From NCBI GenBank assembly GCA_012744375.1, contig JAAYCD010000032.1, positions 1-42,286 of the forward strand: a stretch of DNA of 42,286 nucleotides. Reading direction: 5' to 3'. The notes below the pieces were generated by a model, which saw nothing but the letters and a program-made list of their open reading frames with translations, was not told where the DNA came from and did not search any database. The stretch is from Erysipelotrichaceae bacterium (GTDB lineage: Bacteria > Bacillota_I > Bacilli_A > RFN20 > CAG-826). Each line of letters begins with the position of its first letter. Position 1 is the first letter of the stretch. Shown here piece after piece: positions 28,892 through 39,900 of this stretch. Both the position numbers and the translations under genes were made by a program.

Positions 28892-30001
28892 ATTCCATTG
28901 TAGTTGCAAGTTCTTAAAAGTTTGTAACTCGCGTTTATGAATGGCGACGAGTTGCGCATAGTATATTTTACGCATCTCTTGATATTGATGCATTTGGTCT
29001 TGGGAAACATTTTTTGAAAATAAAGAAACAAAGACACTTTCTAATCTAAAGAAACTTTCATATAAACTTAATAAAGTCATGTAATAAAAATATTCTTTAT
29101 TAGAATAAATAAGTAACGGCGTGCTATGAACGATTTCACTAGAAATTTCATAACGTTTTGAATAAATTTCTAAACCGGCAAGTTTTTCTAAGCCATCTCT
29201 AAAATTTAGTTTAAAGTTTTCCATTCCTTTAGGCAAAATTTGGTAAAGCCAACCATATTCAATATATTTTTTAATGTCTTTACTTTTTAGTTCTTTTTGA
29301 CGCATCTCTTCTTTCATTTCATGGAACAAACGATCTTGTTCCTCTTTGTTTTTATACGCATCATTAAAAGCTAAACCGAAATTCATATGCCGAAGGTATT
29401 TGTTAATTAATGGATCGCCATATTTATCAAGTAAGATTAAAGTGCATTCGCATTCATGAAGTGTTCTCCAAGATGAAAATGCTTCCGTTTCATAACCCGC
29501 TAAAAGGGAATCTATAATACAACGAGAAATTGTTAAAGACTTCATAAGCAAGTCGCTAATCAAAGAAGATTGTGGATCGTTTTTCTTATAGTTTTTAACA
29601 ATGTTAAGCATGAAGTTTATATAAATATATAACGAGGAAGCCGGAGGAAGAAAACGATTAGAAAGTTTGCGTTCTTGATGGCTAAAGATTGATAAAGATA
29701 AACATTTGTCAGCGACAACCGAAGACATTGAGTTGGCAAAATTTTCATTGTTGACAAAACGTTTTCGTTCTTCTTCGGATAAATAAGAAACCGAATAATG
29801 ATACTCACCAATCGCATAAAATAACAGTTCCAACTGATTGACTTCTTTAACCCCTATTTGCGCATTTTGTTGAGATAAATACTTCACTACTTCGTTAGCA
29901 GTTTTATACACATCATAAAGATACTCAATTTCTAAAATATTGTTTAGCTTGAGGTTGTTTAGTATTTCAATAACTTTATCTTTACTCAGCAAATTCGACA
30001 T
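28874..30001 (-). CDS. Hypothetical soluble, predicted all-helical protein (orphan)
   Basis: 375-aa intact ORF starting 5 nt after the glpK stop. No TM segment, no signal peptide and no motif I can assign. Confidence 0.6.
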   Translation of the reverse strand: MSNLLSKDKVIEILNNLKLNNILEIEYLYDVYKTANEVVKYLSQQNAQIGVKEVNQLELLFYAIGEYHYSVSYLSEEERKRFVNNENFANSMSSVVADKCLSLSIFSHQERKLSNRFLPPASSLYIYINFMLNIVKNYKKNDPQSSLISDLLMKSLTISRCIIDSLLAGYETEAFSSWRTLHECECTLILLDKYGDPLINKYLRHMNFGLAFNDAYKNKEEQDRLFHEMKEEMRQKELKSKDIKKYIEYGWLYQILPKGMENFKLNFRDGLEKLAGLEIYSKRYEISSEIVHSTPLLIYSNKEYFYYMTLLSLYESFFRLESVFVSLFSKNVSQDQMHQYQEMRKIYYAQLVAIHKRELQTFKNLQLQWNKKMAD

Positions 30002-30006
30002 ACTAC

Positions 30007-31476
30007 CTACTTAAATAGTCTAGTGGCTTTGATGGCTCTTTTCCATCCTTTATATAATTTATTAACTTCTTGACTTCTCATCTTTGGTTCATAAAGAGCC
30101 TGATATTTATGTATTTGCTTAATTGTTTCGAGGCTATCATAAAAACCTGAATAGAGGCCTGCCATATAGGCAACACCTAAAGCAGTTGTTTCTAAACAAA
30201 GGGGTAATTTTATTTCTGTTTGTAAAATATCGCTTTGGAATTGCATTAAATATTTATTAACCGTTGCTCCGCCATCAACTCTCAAACTAATAAGAGGTTT
30301 CTTCGTTTCTTTTTTAATGACTTCCACCACATCTTTACATTGATAAGCAATTGCTTCAAGCGAAGCTCGGACAAATTGACTGCGGTTAGTGGCTCTAGTT
30401 AAACCAAATACTGCCCCGTGAACATCATCGTCCCAGTAAGGAGTGCCTAGTCCAGTAAAAGCAGGCACGACATAAATACCGCCACTAGGACTAGCCAATG
30501 CCACGGTCTCGGCGTCTTGTGATCGATCAATAAGTGCCATTTCATCGCGCAACCATTGCACAACCGCACCACCGATAAAAACAGAGCCCTCCAATGCATA
30601 AGTGACATTGTTTCCAATTTGCCAAGCTACTGTAGTTAATAAGCCATATTTCGATAATACTGGTACTTTTCCGGTATTCACTAATAAGAAACAGCCAGTA
30701 CCATACGTGTTTTTGCTCTCGCCAACTTCAAAACAAGTTTGTCCAAACAATGCGGCTTGTTGATCGCCTAAGACACCAGTGATATGTAAATGGCTTTTTA
30801 AATATGCTAATTCTCCAAAATCATAACTAGAAGGACATACTTTAGGGAGCATTTTTGTAGGGACATTAAATAAAGCACAAAGCTCGTCATCCCATTTCAT
30901 ATCTTTAATGTTAAATAGTAAAGTTCTAGAAGCATTGGTGACATCAGTTGCGTGCATTTTGCCCATCGTCATTTTATAAATTATCCAACTATCAATTGTA
31001 CCAAAAAGTAATTCGCCATTTTCTGCGCGTTGTTGCCCATGGTCAATATTGTCCAAAATAAAACGAATTTTGCTTGCAGAAAAATATGGATTAATTAATA
31101 AACCGGTTTTTTGATGGATGAGATCTTTTTTGTCATTATAACGATCACAAATATCGGCGGATTGACGTGACTGCCAAATAATCGCATTATAAACTGGTAA
31201 ACCAGTTTTCTTGCTCCAAACAACGGTGGTTTCTCTTTGATTAGTAATACCCACAGTGGCAATTTCAGTAAGCGAAATATTACTTTTAATTAAAACTTCA
31301 TTAATAACATCGGTAACACTAACCCAAATAGTTAATGGGTCAGCTTCTACCCAACCAGATTGGGGAAATAAACACGGTACTTCCCGTTGCGCGGAATAAA
31401 GCAAGTGGCCTTTTTTATCAAAGATAATGGCACGTGAGCTAGTCGTTCCTTGATCAATCGCTAAGATGTACTTCAT
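30007..31476 (-). CDS. glpK: Glycerol kinase
   Basis: 489 aa. Contains YILAIDQGTTSSRAIIFD, GITNQRETTVVW and GDQQAALFGQ. Confidence 0.96.
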   Translation of the reverse strand: MKYILAIDQGTTSSRAIIFDKKGHLLYSAQREVPCLFPQSGWVEADPLTIWVSVTDVINEVLIKSNISLTEIATVGITNQRETTVVWSKKTGLPVYNAIIWQSRQSADICDRYNDKKDLIHQKTGLLINPYFSASKIRFILDNIDHGQQRAENGELLFGTIDSWIIYKMTMGKMHATDVTNASRTLLFNIKDMKWDDELCALFNVPTKMLPKVCPSSYDFGELAYLKSHLHITGVLGDQQAALFGQTCFEVGESKNTYGTGCFLLVNTGKVPVLSKYGLLTTVAWQIGNNVTYALEGSVFIGGAVVQWLRDEMALIDRSQDAETVALASPSGGIYVVPAFTGLGTPYWDDDVHGAVFGLTRATNRSQFVRASLEAIAYQCKDVVEVIKKETKKPLISLRVDGGATVNKYLMQFQSDILQTEIKLPLCLETTALGVAYMAGLYSGFYDSLETIKQIHKYQALYEPKMRSQEVNKLYKGWKRAIKATRLFK

Positions 31477-31478
31477 AA

Positions 31479-32756
31479 TTAAACGTTTCTAGAGGCCATT
31501 AATCTTTCGATTTCATCCATTTCTTTGACGATATTTTTACTTAAATTCATCGCTCCATCTTCGGTGATGAGCACATTATCTTCAATGCGCACACCGATGC
31601 CGAATTTTGCAAAATATAAGCCTGGTTCAACGGTAATGACATTACCGATTTGCAGTGGTCTATCTTTTACTGCGACATCGTGTGTGTCTAAACCTAGATG
31701 ATGCGAAACACCATGATAATAATAATTCCTAATATCATCATCTTCGGTCATTAAACCGAGACGCAAACATTCATTTTTTAAAGTTTCAATCGCAAAATCT
31801 TGTAAATCTTTTAGCAATAAGCCAGGTTTAGCGTATTTAATAACGGCTTTATTCGTCGTTAAGACAGCTTCATAAACTTTTGCCTGTAAACCGACAAACT
31901 TGCCACTAATTGGGAAAGTACGAGAAATATCAGCACAATATTGCTTGTGGCGATAACCTAAATCAAAAAGGACTAAGTCACTATCTTTTGTCACATCATT
32001 TTGTGTTGGGTAATGTAAACAGGTAGCATTTTTGCCAGCGGCCACAATCGTAGAAAAAGCTAATTTCGTTCTATCGTGTAAACGGCCGTACATTTCAAAA
32101 TAGTCAGCAAATACGTGTTCAGCCATACCTGATTTTAAATGACGTAAGACATAAGAGATACCACTATTAGTGGCTTCAATAGCTTTAGTGATGTTTTGTA
32201 CCTCCAAAGGCGACTTAATCATTCTTAAATCGCGCAAGGAAGGATAGATATCAACGATTTCTTTATTTGGGTGATCAACTTTGAGTTTCATGGCAAAATC
32301 ATTCATAAAGAAATTGTCTTTCAGTTTTTGTTCAGGAGAAGATAAATCTAAATAAACACAATCTATTTGACCGTAATGATTGTTGTCATCGGTTAGAGCA
32401 AGTTTTACCATTGTCTCAAAGTTTTCTGTTGAATAGACGTTTTTAACATCACTAATTAAACCCGCACTTTCAAAACTTATACGCTTACCAGTCCACTTTT
32501 CTTTAAGTTCATCATACGGATCAACGAATAAGTAAGTGCTTTTTTCTCCGATTGCTTTAATCATCATTAAAGCGCTATGTTCTTGTTCAATATTAGTTAA
32601 ATAGAAAAAGTTTTTATTTACGCAAAAAGGTAAATACTCATCTTCACTACTCACTTTACTGACACCAGAAAAGAAGATAGCAATACTGTTTTCTTTCATC
32701 TGTTTAAATACTTCTTTGCGGCGGGCTTCTAATTCTTTGCCTTGTAAATCATGCAT
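31479..32756 (-). CDS. pepP: Xaa-Pro aminopeptidase (M24B)
   Basis: 425 aa. Metal-ligand pattern: FDLGYRHKQYCADISRTF, HHLGLDTHD, VITVEPGLY and VRIEDNVLIT. Confidence 0.9.
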   Translation of the reverse strand: MHDLQGKELEARRKEVFKQMKENSIAIFFSGVSKVSSEDEYLPFCVNKNFFYLTNIEQEHSALMMIKAIGEKSTYLFVDPYDELKEKWTGKRISFESAGLISDVKNVYSTENFETMVKLALTDDNNHYGQIDCVYLDLSSPEQKLKDNFFMNDFAMKLKVDHPNKEIVDIYPSLRDLRMIKSPLEVQNITKAIEATNSGISYVLRHLKSGMAEHVFADYFEMYGRLHDRTKLAFSTIVAAGKNATCLHYPTQNDVTKDSDLVLFDLGYRHKQYCADISRTFPISGKFVGLQAKVYEAVLTTNKAVIKYAKPGLLLKDLQDFAIETLKNECLRLGLMTEDDDIRNYYYHGVSHHLGLDTHDVAVKDRPLQIGNVITVEPGLYFAKFGIGVRIEDNVLITEDGAMNLSKNIVKEMDEIERLMASRNV

Positions 32757-32760
32757 ATAT

Positions 32761-33582
32761 TTATTCTCCTATAATTTTTTTAGCGATTTCATTCATCTCT
32801 GGTAAGTTCACCTTTTCAATTTCGCCTTGATCCATTAATTCAGTATTCAAACTATTGAGCGGGAGCCTCCCTAAGATGGCGAAGTTTTTTTCCTTGGCAA
32901 ACTGTTCGAGTTTTGATTTACCAAATAATGGAATTTGTTCTCCACACTTTGGACAAACTAGATAAGACATATTTTCAATGACTCCTAGAACTGGTATATC
33001 CATCATCTCGGCCATTTTTAAGGCTTTTGAGACGATTAATGACACGAGGTCTTGTGGGGAAGTAATGATGACTAATTGGTCGATTGGTAGGCTTTGGAAA
33101 ATCGTTAAAGCCACATCACCTGTGCCTGGGGGCATATCGATTAATAGGACATCTAATTCATCCCAAACAACGTTTTCAAAAAATTGAATGACAAGATTAG
33201 AAACGAGTGAACCGCGCCAAATAATTGGGTCACTCTCATTTTCTAAAAGCATGTTTGCGGAAATAACTTTAATTCCTCCAATTGTCAAAGCTGGAAAAAT
33301 ATTGTTTTCTTCGCCAAATGCTTTTTCTTTTATGCCAAAAGCTTTCGGAATGCTTGGACCGGTAATGTCCGCATCCAAAATGCCGACTTTATAGCCCATC
33401 CTATTTAAATAAGTCGCTAAACTTGAGGTGACGAATGATTTTCCGACTCCACCTTTTCCGCTTAAAACTCCGACCACTTTTTTAATTTTACTCAAATCAT
33501 TTGCTTTCGCTTTGACTATGCGGCTCGAGCAATTATCTTTTTCGCCACAGCTAGCGCAATTTCCTTCGCAGTATTCTACCAT
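32761..33582 (-). CDS. mrp: Mrp/ApbC/NBP35-type Fe-S cluster carrier ATPase
   Basis: 273 aa. Contains SGKGGVGKS (deviant Walker A), DMPPGTGD and a CPKC motif, plus a Cys-rich N-terminus (CEGNCASCGEKDNC). Confidence 0.9.
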   Translation of the reverse strand: MVEYCEGNCASCGEKDNCSSRIVKAKANDLSKIKKVVGVLSGKGGVGKSFVTSSLATYLNRMGYKVGILDADITGPSIPKAFGIKEKAFGEENNIFPALTIGGIKVISANMLLENESDPIIWRGSLVSNLVIQFFENVVWDELDVLLIDMPPGTGDVALTIFQSLPIDQLVIITSPQDLVSLIVSKALKMAEMMDIPVLGVIENMSYLVCPKCGEQIPLFGKSKLEQFAKEKNFAILGRLPLNSLNTELMDQGEIEKVNLPEMNEIAKKIIGE

Positions 33583-33589
33583 GTTGTTT

Positions 33590-33976
33590 CTACCTTTCTA
33601 ATGTCACTAGGTCAGCGGAGTTGATTACGTCAACACCTGCTTGCAAGTAAGTGCGTAATAATCTACCAGCACCGAGCTTTGTTCCTCCAAAGTATCTAAC
33701 GACAAGGAGGGCGACATTTTCGATTTCTTTTTTATAAAGTAACTCAAGCAAAGGCCTTCCAGCGGTGCCACGCGGTTCGCCATCATCGCTCGACTTGCTT
33801 TTTATCTTAACACGATAAGCATAAACAATGTGACGGGCTTTCTTGTGTTCTTTTCTTAATGTTGCTAAGAAGGGTTTAAAATCTTCTTCGATATTGAGGG
33901 GGATTAAGTAAGCGATAAACTTACTTTTCATCACTTCGATTTGTTGAATATAAATATTTTTTACTGTAAATGCCAT
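33590..33976 (-). CDS. YigZ/IMPACT-family protein, N-terminal (UPF0029) domain only
   Basis: 128 aa. Contains KSKFIAYL, ARHIVYAYR, DDGEPRGTAGRPLLELL and VVRYFGGTKLGAGRL. Confidence 0.8.
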   Translation of the reverse strand: MAFTVKNIYIQQIEVMKSKFIAYLIPLNIEEDFKPFLATLRKEHKKARHIVYAYRVKIKSKSSDDGEPRGTAGRPLLELLYKKEIENVALLVVRYFGGTKLGAGRLLRTYLQAGVDVINSADLVTLER

Positions 33977-33979
33977 AGA

Positions 33980-36900
33980 TTAGATATTAAAGAAAGTTGC
34001 AATCCTTTCACCATAACTTGCAAACGAGAATACATTACTATAAATGTTATTGTTGTGGTTAGGATCTATTGTGGTTTCGTCCACGGCGTCGAAGTGATCA
34101 GGATTAATATAATATAACGGATTAAATGGGTCGTGAGAACCTGCATCTAAGGCTTTGAATGAAGCATGAGCTTCGGTTAAATATAATACGCGCGCTAATT
34201 CGGAATTCGTTTCTGGAGTAGCACCCATATCTTCAAAGCAAGCAACTAGTGAATTAATCGCTGTAAAGTTAGGAACTGGAGAAGCTAATTCACTTAGATA
34301 GTTTAAGGAATCAAGCAAGCCTTTTAAGCCGCGACGTTCAATGGCATTAAGTTTGTCATAACTTTCAAAACTAAGTTGTGTTGGATCGTCTTCGCCAAAA
34401 CTGAATGTGACATATTGATAGCCGCCATATTTTCTAGTGACATTATCGTTTAATAAATCATTTTCTATATGGCTATATTGGTTTTCCAATATTGTATTTA
34501 AGAAGCCAGAAACGAATTCACTCACGATATAAGAACGACGATATTCGTTTGGATCGACTGCGCCTTCAACGTTATATGCGTTTTCAACGACACCTAAGAT
34601 TGTGTCTTCTAGGTTTTTAACAATATCAATTGTGTTAGTGCCACCACCCTCATCAAATGTGTCGTTAGAAATAAGTCCACCATTGACTTCGGCAAAAATA
34701 TTCACTAAGGCTTTTGCTTCAATGGCAGGGGTATCCTTGTAATCAGTTGTGTCGTCACTTTCAACAAGGTGAGCAATTTTAGAAAGAATTGCAATCTTAT
34801 CGATATCAGCTAATGCTGAGGTGTTAGGATCAGCATCTTTACCAATATATGTGCCCAAAACATCACCTACGGCATGATATAAAAAGATGCCTTGTGCACT
34901 GATTTGGCGCCCTTCAACAACATTGAATTCACCAAAATCACCATCGAGATTGGTGTTAAGAATTCTCGAATAATAAACAAAACGTAAAATTGCTCTTAAA
35001 TTTTTTTCAGCAGCCGTATTGTCTCCTTGTGATAAATTGGTAAAGCTTGCGATGTCTTGATTGTATTGGACACCATCATACAAGTCTCTTAATGTATTAG
35101 TTAAAACGCCAATTTCGCCCTTATCTTCATCGCCGAAAGCCTCACCGCCATATAAAGCTTGACCCAAACGATAATTAGCATACGAAGTGCCATTATATTC
35201 GGTAAGAGCATCAATACCTATCGCCCCCAAACCTTGTTTTAAGAAGCGAGGAATCGCATCAGCGATAATATCGGACATGTTAATGCTAAGTAGCAAAGTT
35301 TTGACATCATCTGGAGAAATTGTATCAAAGCCAAAAGAATTTAAGTCTAAGGATGATTCTCCTTTAGACATACCGATATCAGCCGCGGAACTTATCAAGT
35401 TCATAATCGCATGAATTTCGCCAGTATTTGAATTACTCGTCCAAGCTATTCCTGGATTATGGTGATAATATGGCGCTTCATCTTCAAGGAGAAGATTATC
35501 ATCATCAGCACGAGTGATAAGTTTTATTTTTTGGTTCAGCTTGTTTTCAGCACTTCCATATACACTAACATCATCAGCGTAGTTTGTGTCATAAGCAAAT
35601 TCATCCATGCCAACAAGTGAAAGCACTTGCGCAATGGTGCTTTCAAATAATGTATGTTCATTAGCGTTTGTGACGGACGTATAGTAATTTCCTGGATTAG
35701 GATGATTACGAGCTGGAGAATGGAATAAAGGTAAATCATGCATGGCCGTTAATAAGGAGGAAATAACTCCATCTGGAGCAACCATTGTATGAATGACGTT
35801 TGGATCAGTAAAACTGGCGCCACCAGAAAGGTCGCTAGTTAAATCGGCAACGACATATAACAAATCGGTAATGCTTGAAATATCGCTTTCGCTATATTTG
35901 GCTTCATAATCAGGTGTCGCCCTATAAACTCCACCATTAAAGAAGTAATGATAGAAAGGATCGACTTGTGCAAAGTTAATTGTTAAGCCACCGCTATTGA
36001 AATTAAGTTGGTTATTTTTCACAAGCACGTTATAAAGCATGTTCGGGACACAATCATAAAATAAGTCGCTATTAACAAGTGTTTTAAGTAAGTCATCAAC
36101 AACCGCGATATTTTCGCTCTTATTAAAGTCTGCTTGCGAAATATCGGTTACTCTGTTTCCGCCATTATCGACTAAAGAATAAACTTTTTTGATGACATCC
36201 ATTAAAGTAGCAATCTCTTTATTTTGTTCAATGAATGATGCTTCTTTTTCCGCTTCTTGAGCAGGAGTAAAATCTAAGTCAGTCTTAAAAGTTGACTTTA
36301 CTAAATAGGTGACCTTTTCTTCGGCGGTTGTATATTCGCTAGCAATACTATCTTTCGGAGATTCATTGCCAAGATAAATAACATTTTTCATCTCGCTTTT
36401 GCCGAGCAAGGAATCAAATAGTTGTTGGAATGGAGTAAGTTCGTCAGTTTTTGAAGGACCAGCGCGATGGAAAACATAGGAATTATTAAAGCCAGTTAAA
36501 ACACGTTTTAAATCATCAACAACACCATCATTTATCATTTGCCCAAAGTCGATGTTTGCTCCATCAAGAATGCCAGTATTTTTGAGTTTATCAATAACGT
36601 TATAGAAATCGATTAATAAATTGAGTTCTCTTTGTCTTTCCTCGCGGGCTTGTTCGAAGTTTTGCATATCTAAACCAGCATCAACCATATAAATATTGTT
36701 GGCAGTATCGAGCTTAAAAGCCGAATCGCCAGTTAAGAATTCTTCTCCGACAATGCTGTATAAGTTATAAATAGCCATTCGCATACATGTGGTTTCATTA
36801 ACAGCAGTTAATAAGCCGTCAATTAATTCTGTCTCTAAACTTTCGAATGATAGTGATTGGCCGTTACTGTCTTTAACTAGCAAACGCATCGCATAGGTCA

Positions 36901-39900
36901 TAAAGCGAACAACACGGGAAATTTCATCAACATCAAATAGATTCATTGAATCATAATCAGCGATGAAGTTTGCTGAAGCAAAATAGCCATCCCATTTATT
37001 TGTAGAATCGTAATAATTTGAAGTCGAACTAGTAATTTTATTACCAAAAACTGATAAGTAATTATCATGTTGGACAATGAATTGATCATAGTTACACCAA
37101 AAAGCAGCAATATTTTTGTAGTCATTGGCGTCTATGCCTTCAGGAGAGACAAAATCGCGATAAGCAATATAATGCGTTTGTTTAAGTGGATCATAATATT
37201 GATTTTCCCAAGCCAGGAAATATGAATCAGGTACACCATCATCACCCGGACGAACACCCCACGAAGTTTTCCAGTCCCAGTTGTTATCTATTTTTGGTGT
37301 CGGATCAGCGAGTAAGTCAAAGGTAGAGTCGCCAACATTAAATGAGCCCATCGCTTCGGCAATTTTTGCATAGAGCCATTTACCAAAGTTATATTGAATA
37401 TTGTTATGTTCATCGACATAGTAGAATATGCCAGAATTAGCTAATTCGTGAAGCATTTTATTTAATTCAACAACTTTTGTAAAACTAGCAATATCAAAAT
37501 TAGCTAAGAAGTTTGCAGCTTCTTCGTCATCTTCAGGCGTTAAATCATAAAGTGTATTTAATAAGTTTCGAATATTTGCTGCTTCTTTTGTCCAGTTAGT
37601 GACATTGCTAAAAGATACATTGTTTACGTAATCAATTAAAAAACCAGAGAGAGCATCGCCGAGTAGTTCATCAAGAAATGGACCTAAGCGTTGCGAGAAA
37701 ATATAAGAGTCATCAATTTTTTCTAAGAATCCTGGTAAGTTGATTTTGCCTTCCCCATCATCTTTTAAGTTAGAAATCGCGCTTTGTGTTAAGCCATTTT
37801 CAAACATACTACCGGCATTTAAAACATCACGGGCAGCGATATATTTAATAATGTTACCAAATGCGTCAAACTCATCATTCCAAGTATGCACTGTTTCGAC
37901 TTTTTCTAAGGTGGAACGAGGGACAACTAAACCGACGTCAGCAATCATGTCAAAAACGTAACCAAGTAAACCATAAAGGTTTTCATTTTTTGCGTAATTA
38001 TCTCCTACTTGTGGAGTAGGGTTAATAATGGGGTTTTCATGTATAACATTAAGAATTGAAATTAATGAATCGACTTTGGTCTCATCTTTTAATACATCCA
38101 TAAAACCATTACTGTCGGTTATAGAAGTAAATGAAGATAATACTTGTAAGTCTTCCCATTTATCAAGTACAGAAGATAAATCAGTGAAAAAGCTTCTTTG
38201 GTTTTTAGCTTTTGCCATATCGTGATCAATGGCACTAGCGATGACATCAGTTCGCAAACCATAATCGCTTAACATTTTTGAAATATCACTGCCGAGTAAA
38301 GTGGATTTAATTATTGGCATCAAAGCGTTATATAACAAGTTAGAATTATCCATTTTTTGAATCGCTTGTTGGAAGTAATCAATGTGCATGACATCAATCG
38401 AGAAATAATCTCCCTCGGTAAGCATTAAACTATTAAAGCCTTCTTCACTCAATAAAGCATCCAATAAGACTTTGTCTTTTGCGAGTGTGGCGACGATATC
38501 TAAAATCGCGGCAAATTCAACTTTATAGTTTATGATACGATTGCCATTATTTAATGAAGCGACTGCTTGCTTAAAAGCATTCAAATCGCTTGGTGAAAGA
38601 TTAGCGGTAATTGATTTTAAGACATCGAGTTCAAATAAATCATTAGTAAGTTGTGGTAGAGCCATATTGATTAGATTCATATCAAAAAGGTTGTATCTTC
38701 TACCAGCGATGCGGTTACCTTGATTATCGAAAACGATTGTATGGCCAAAACGATCGACATTAACGAGTTCGCCATGCTCCACTTTACCAACTAAAAGTTC
38801 GATAAAATCATCAGCATAATCAGATATTAGTTGGGTAAAAGTTGGGTAAATAGCTTCTGGATCGCTCAGCATACCCGTTTGTACAAAGATGGCATTTAAG
38901 AAATCTTGGTCGAGCATGGCTACTCCGTGTAAGAAATCAAATAAGACATAACATTCATAACCCCAGGATATTTCATTTAATTGGTCCCAGGAAACTGGTA
39001 AGTATTGTTTAATTTCGCTTCCTTGTTCACCTTCTAAGAAAACACTTAATAAGGCCGGAATAGCACGAGTTAATAATTTAGAGTCATCAATATGTTTGAA
39101 CACATTTAAAATTTCCGTGAAGTTTTCGGAATAAACGACATCGTTAATAAATGCAACAGCATCGGCATTAGTTTCTAAACTGCGTAAGGTTAATTTGCCT
39201 TGCTCATTTTCAACAAATAATTCGTCAATTAGCCCACTATCGAAGAGACTATTAACCATGTTTCTCAAATTCGAAATTTCATTCTTAAATTCAATGTCAC
39301 TTAAATCGAGTAAACCAGGAGGGATAGCTCCTTGTAATAAGTCATCAACTAAATCACTATTTAAGGCAATATCGGCAACCAAAGGAATAAGTGTGTTAAT
39401 AATTTGTGATTTTTCTAAGCCATCAAAGATGGAATTAATCACATCTTTAGTTAAAAACGATGCAAAATCAGCAACGATTTCTTGGTTTTCATTAAAAGTA
39501 ATGCCTTTAATGAAAACCATGTTTAGGTCAGTCATAGCGGAAAATTCTTTAATAAAACTAAAAGAAACATCTTCGCTTATGCCTGTGGTGAATGTATCAA
39601 TTAAGCGTGTATCAAAAGTCATGCCTGATTCATCCACGGTCCAGTTGAAAAATACTTGAGCAAATAAAGAACTATTATAAGCGTCAATAAAACCGCCGAT
39701 GGTCGTCATCATTTGATCTTGTGTGGTCGGTTTATTTCGCTGATATGATTGATTTACAGAGTTTAGAATAGATGTTATTGGCGAAAAAAACAAAATGACC
39801 AAAGCAAGGTAAGTAACCGCGTGCTCAATAGCTGCCACCCATCTTAATTTCACTAATTTTTGCGCGGCTTTTGGCACAAAGCGTTTGAAGATGAGATGCC

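Noticed and set aside
39195-39659. 154-aa plus-strand ORF, plus several 60-75-aa ones, inside the giant gene
   Set aside because: They lie antisense to a 6.4-kb ORF with a strong SD. They are S/L/K-rich, the low-complexity composition expected from reading an AT-rich gene backwards, and they have no SD.
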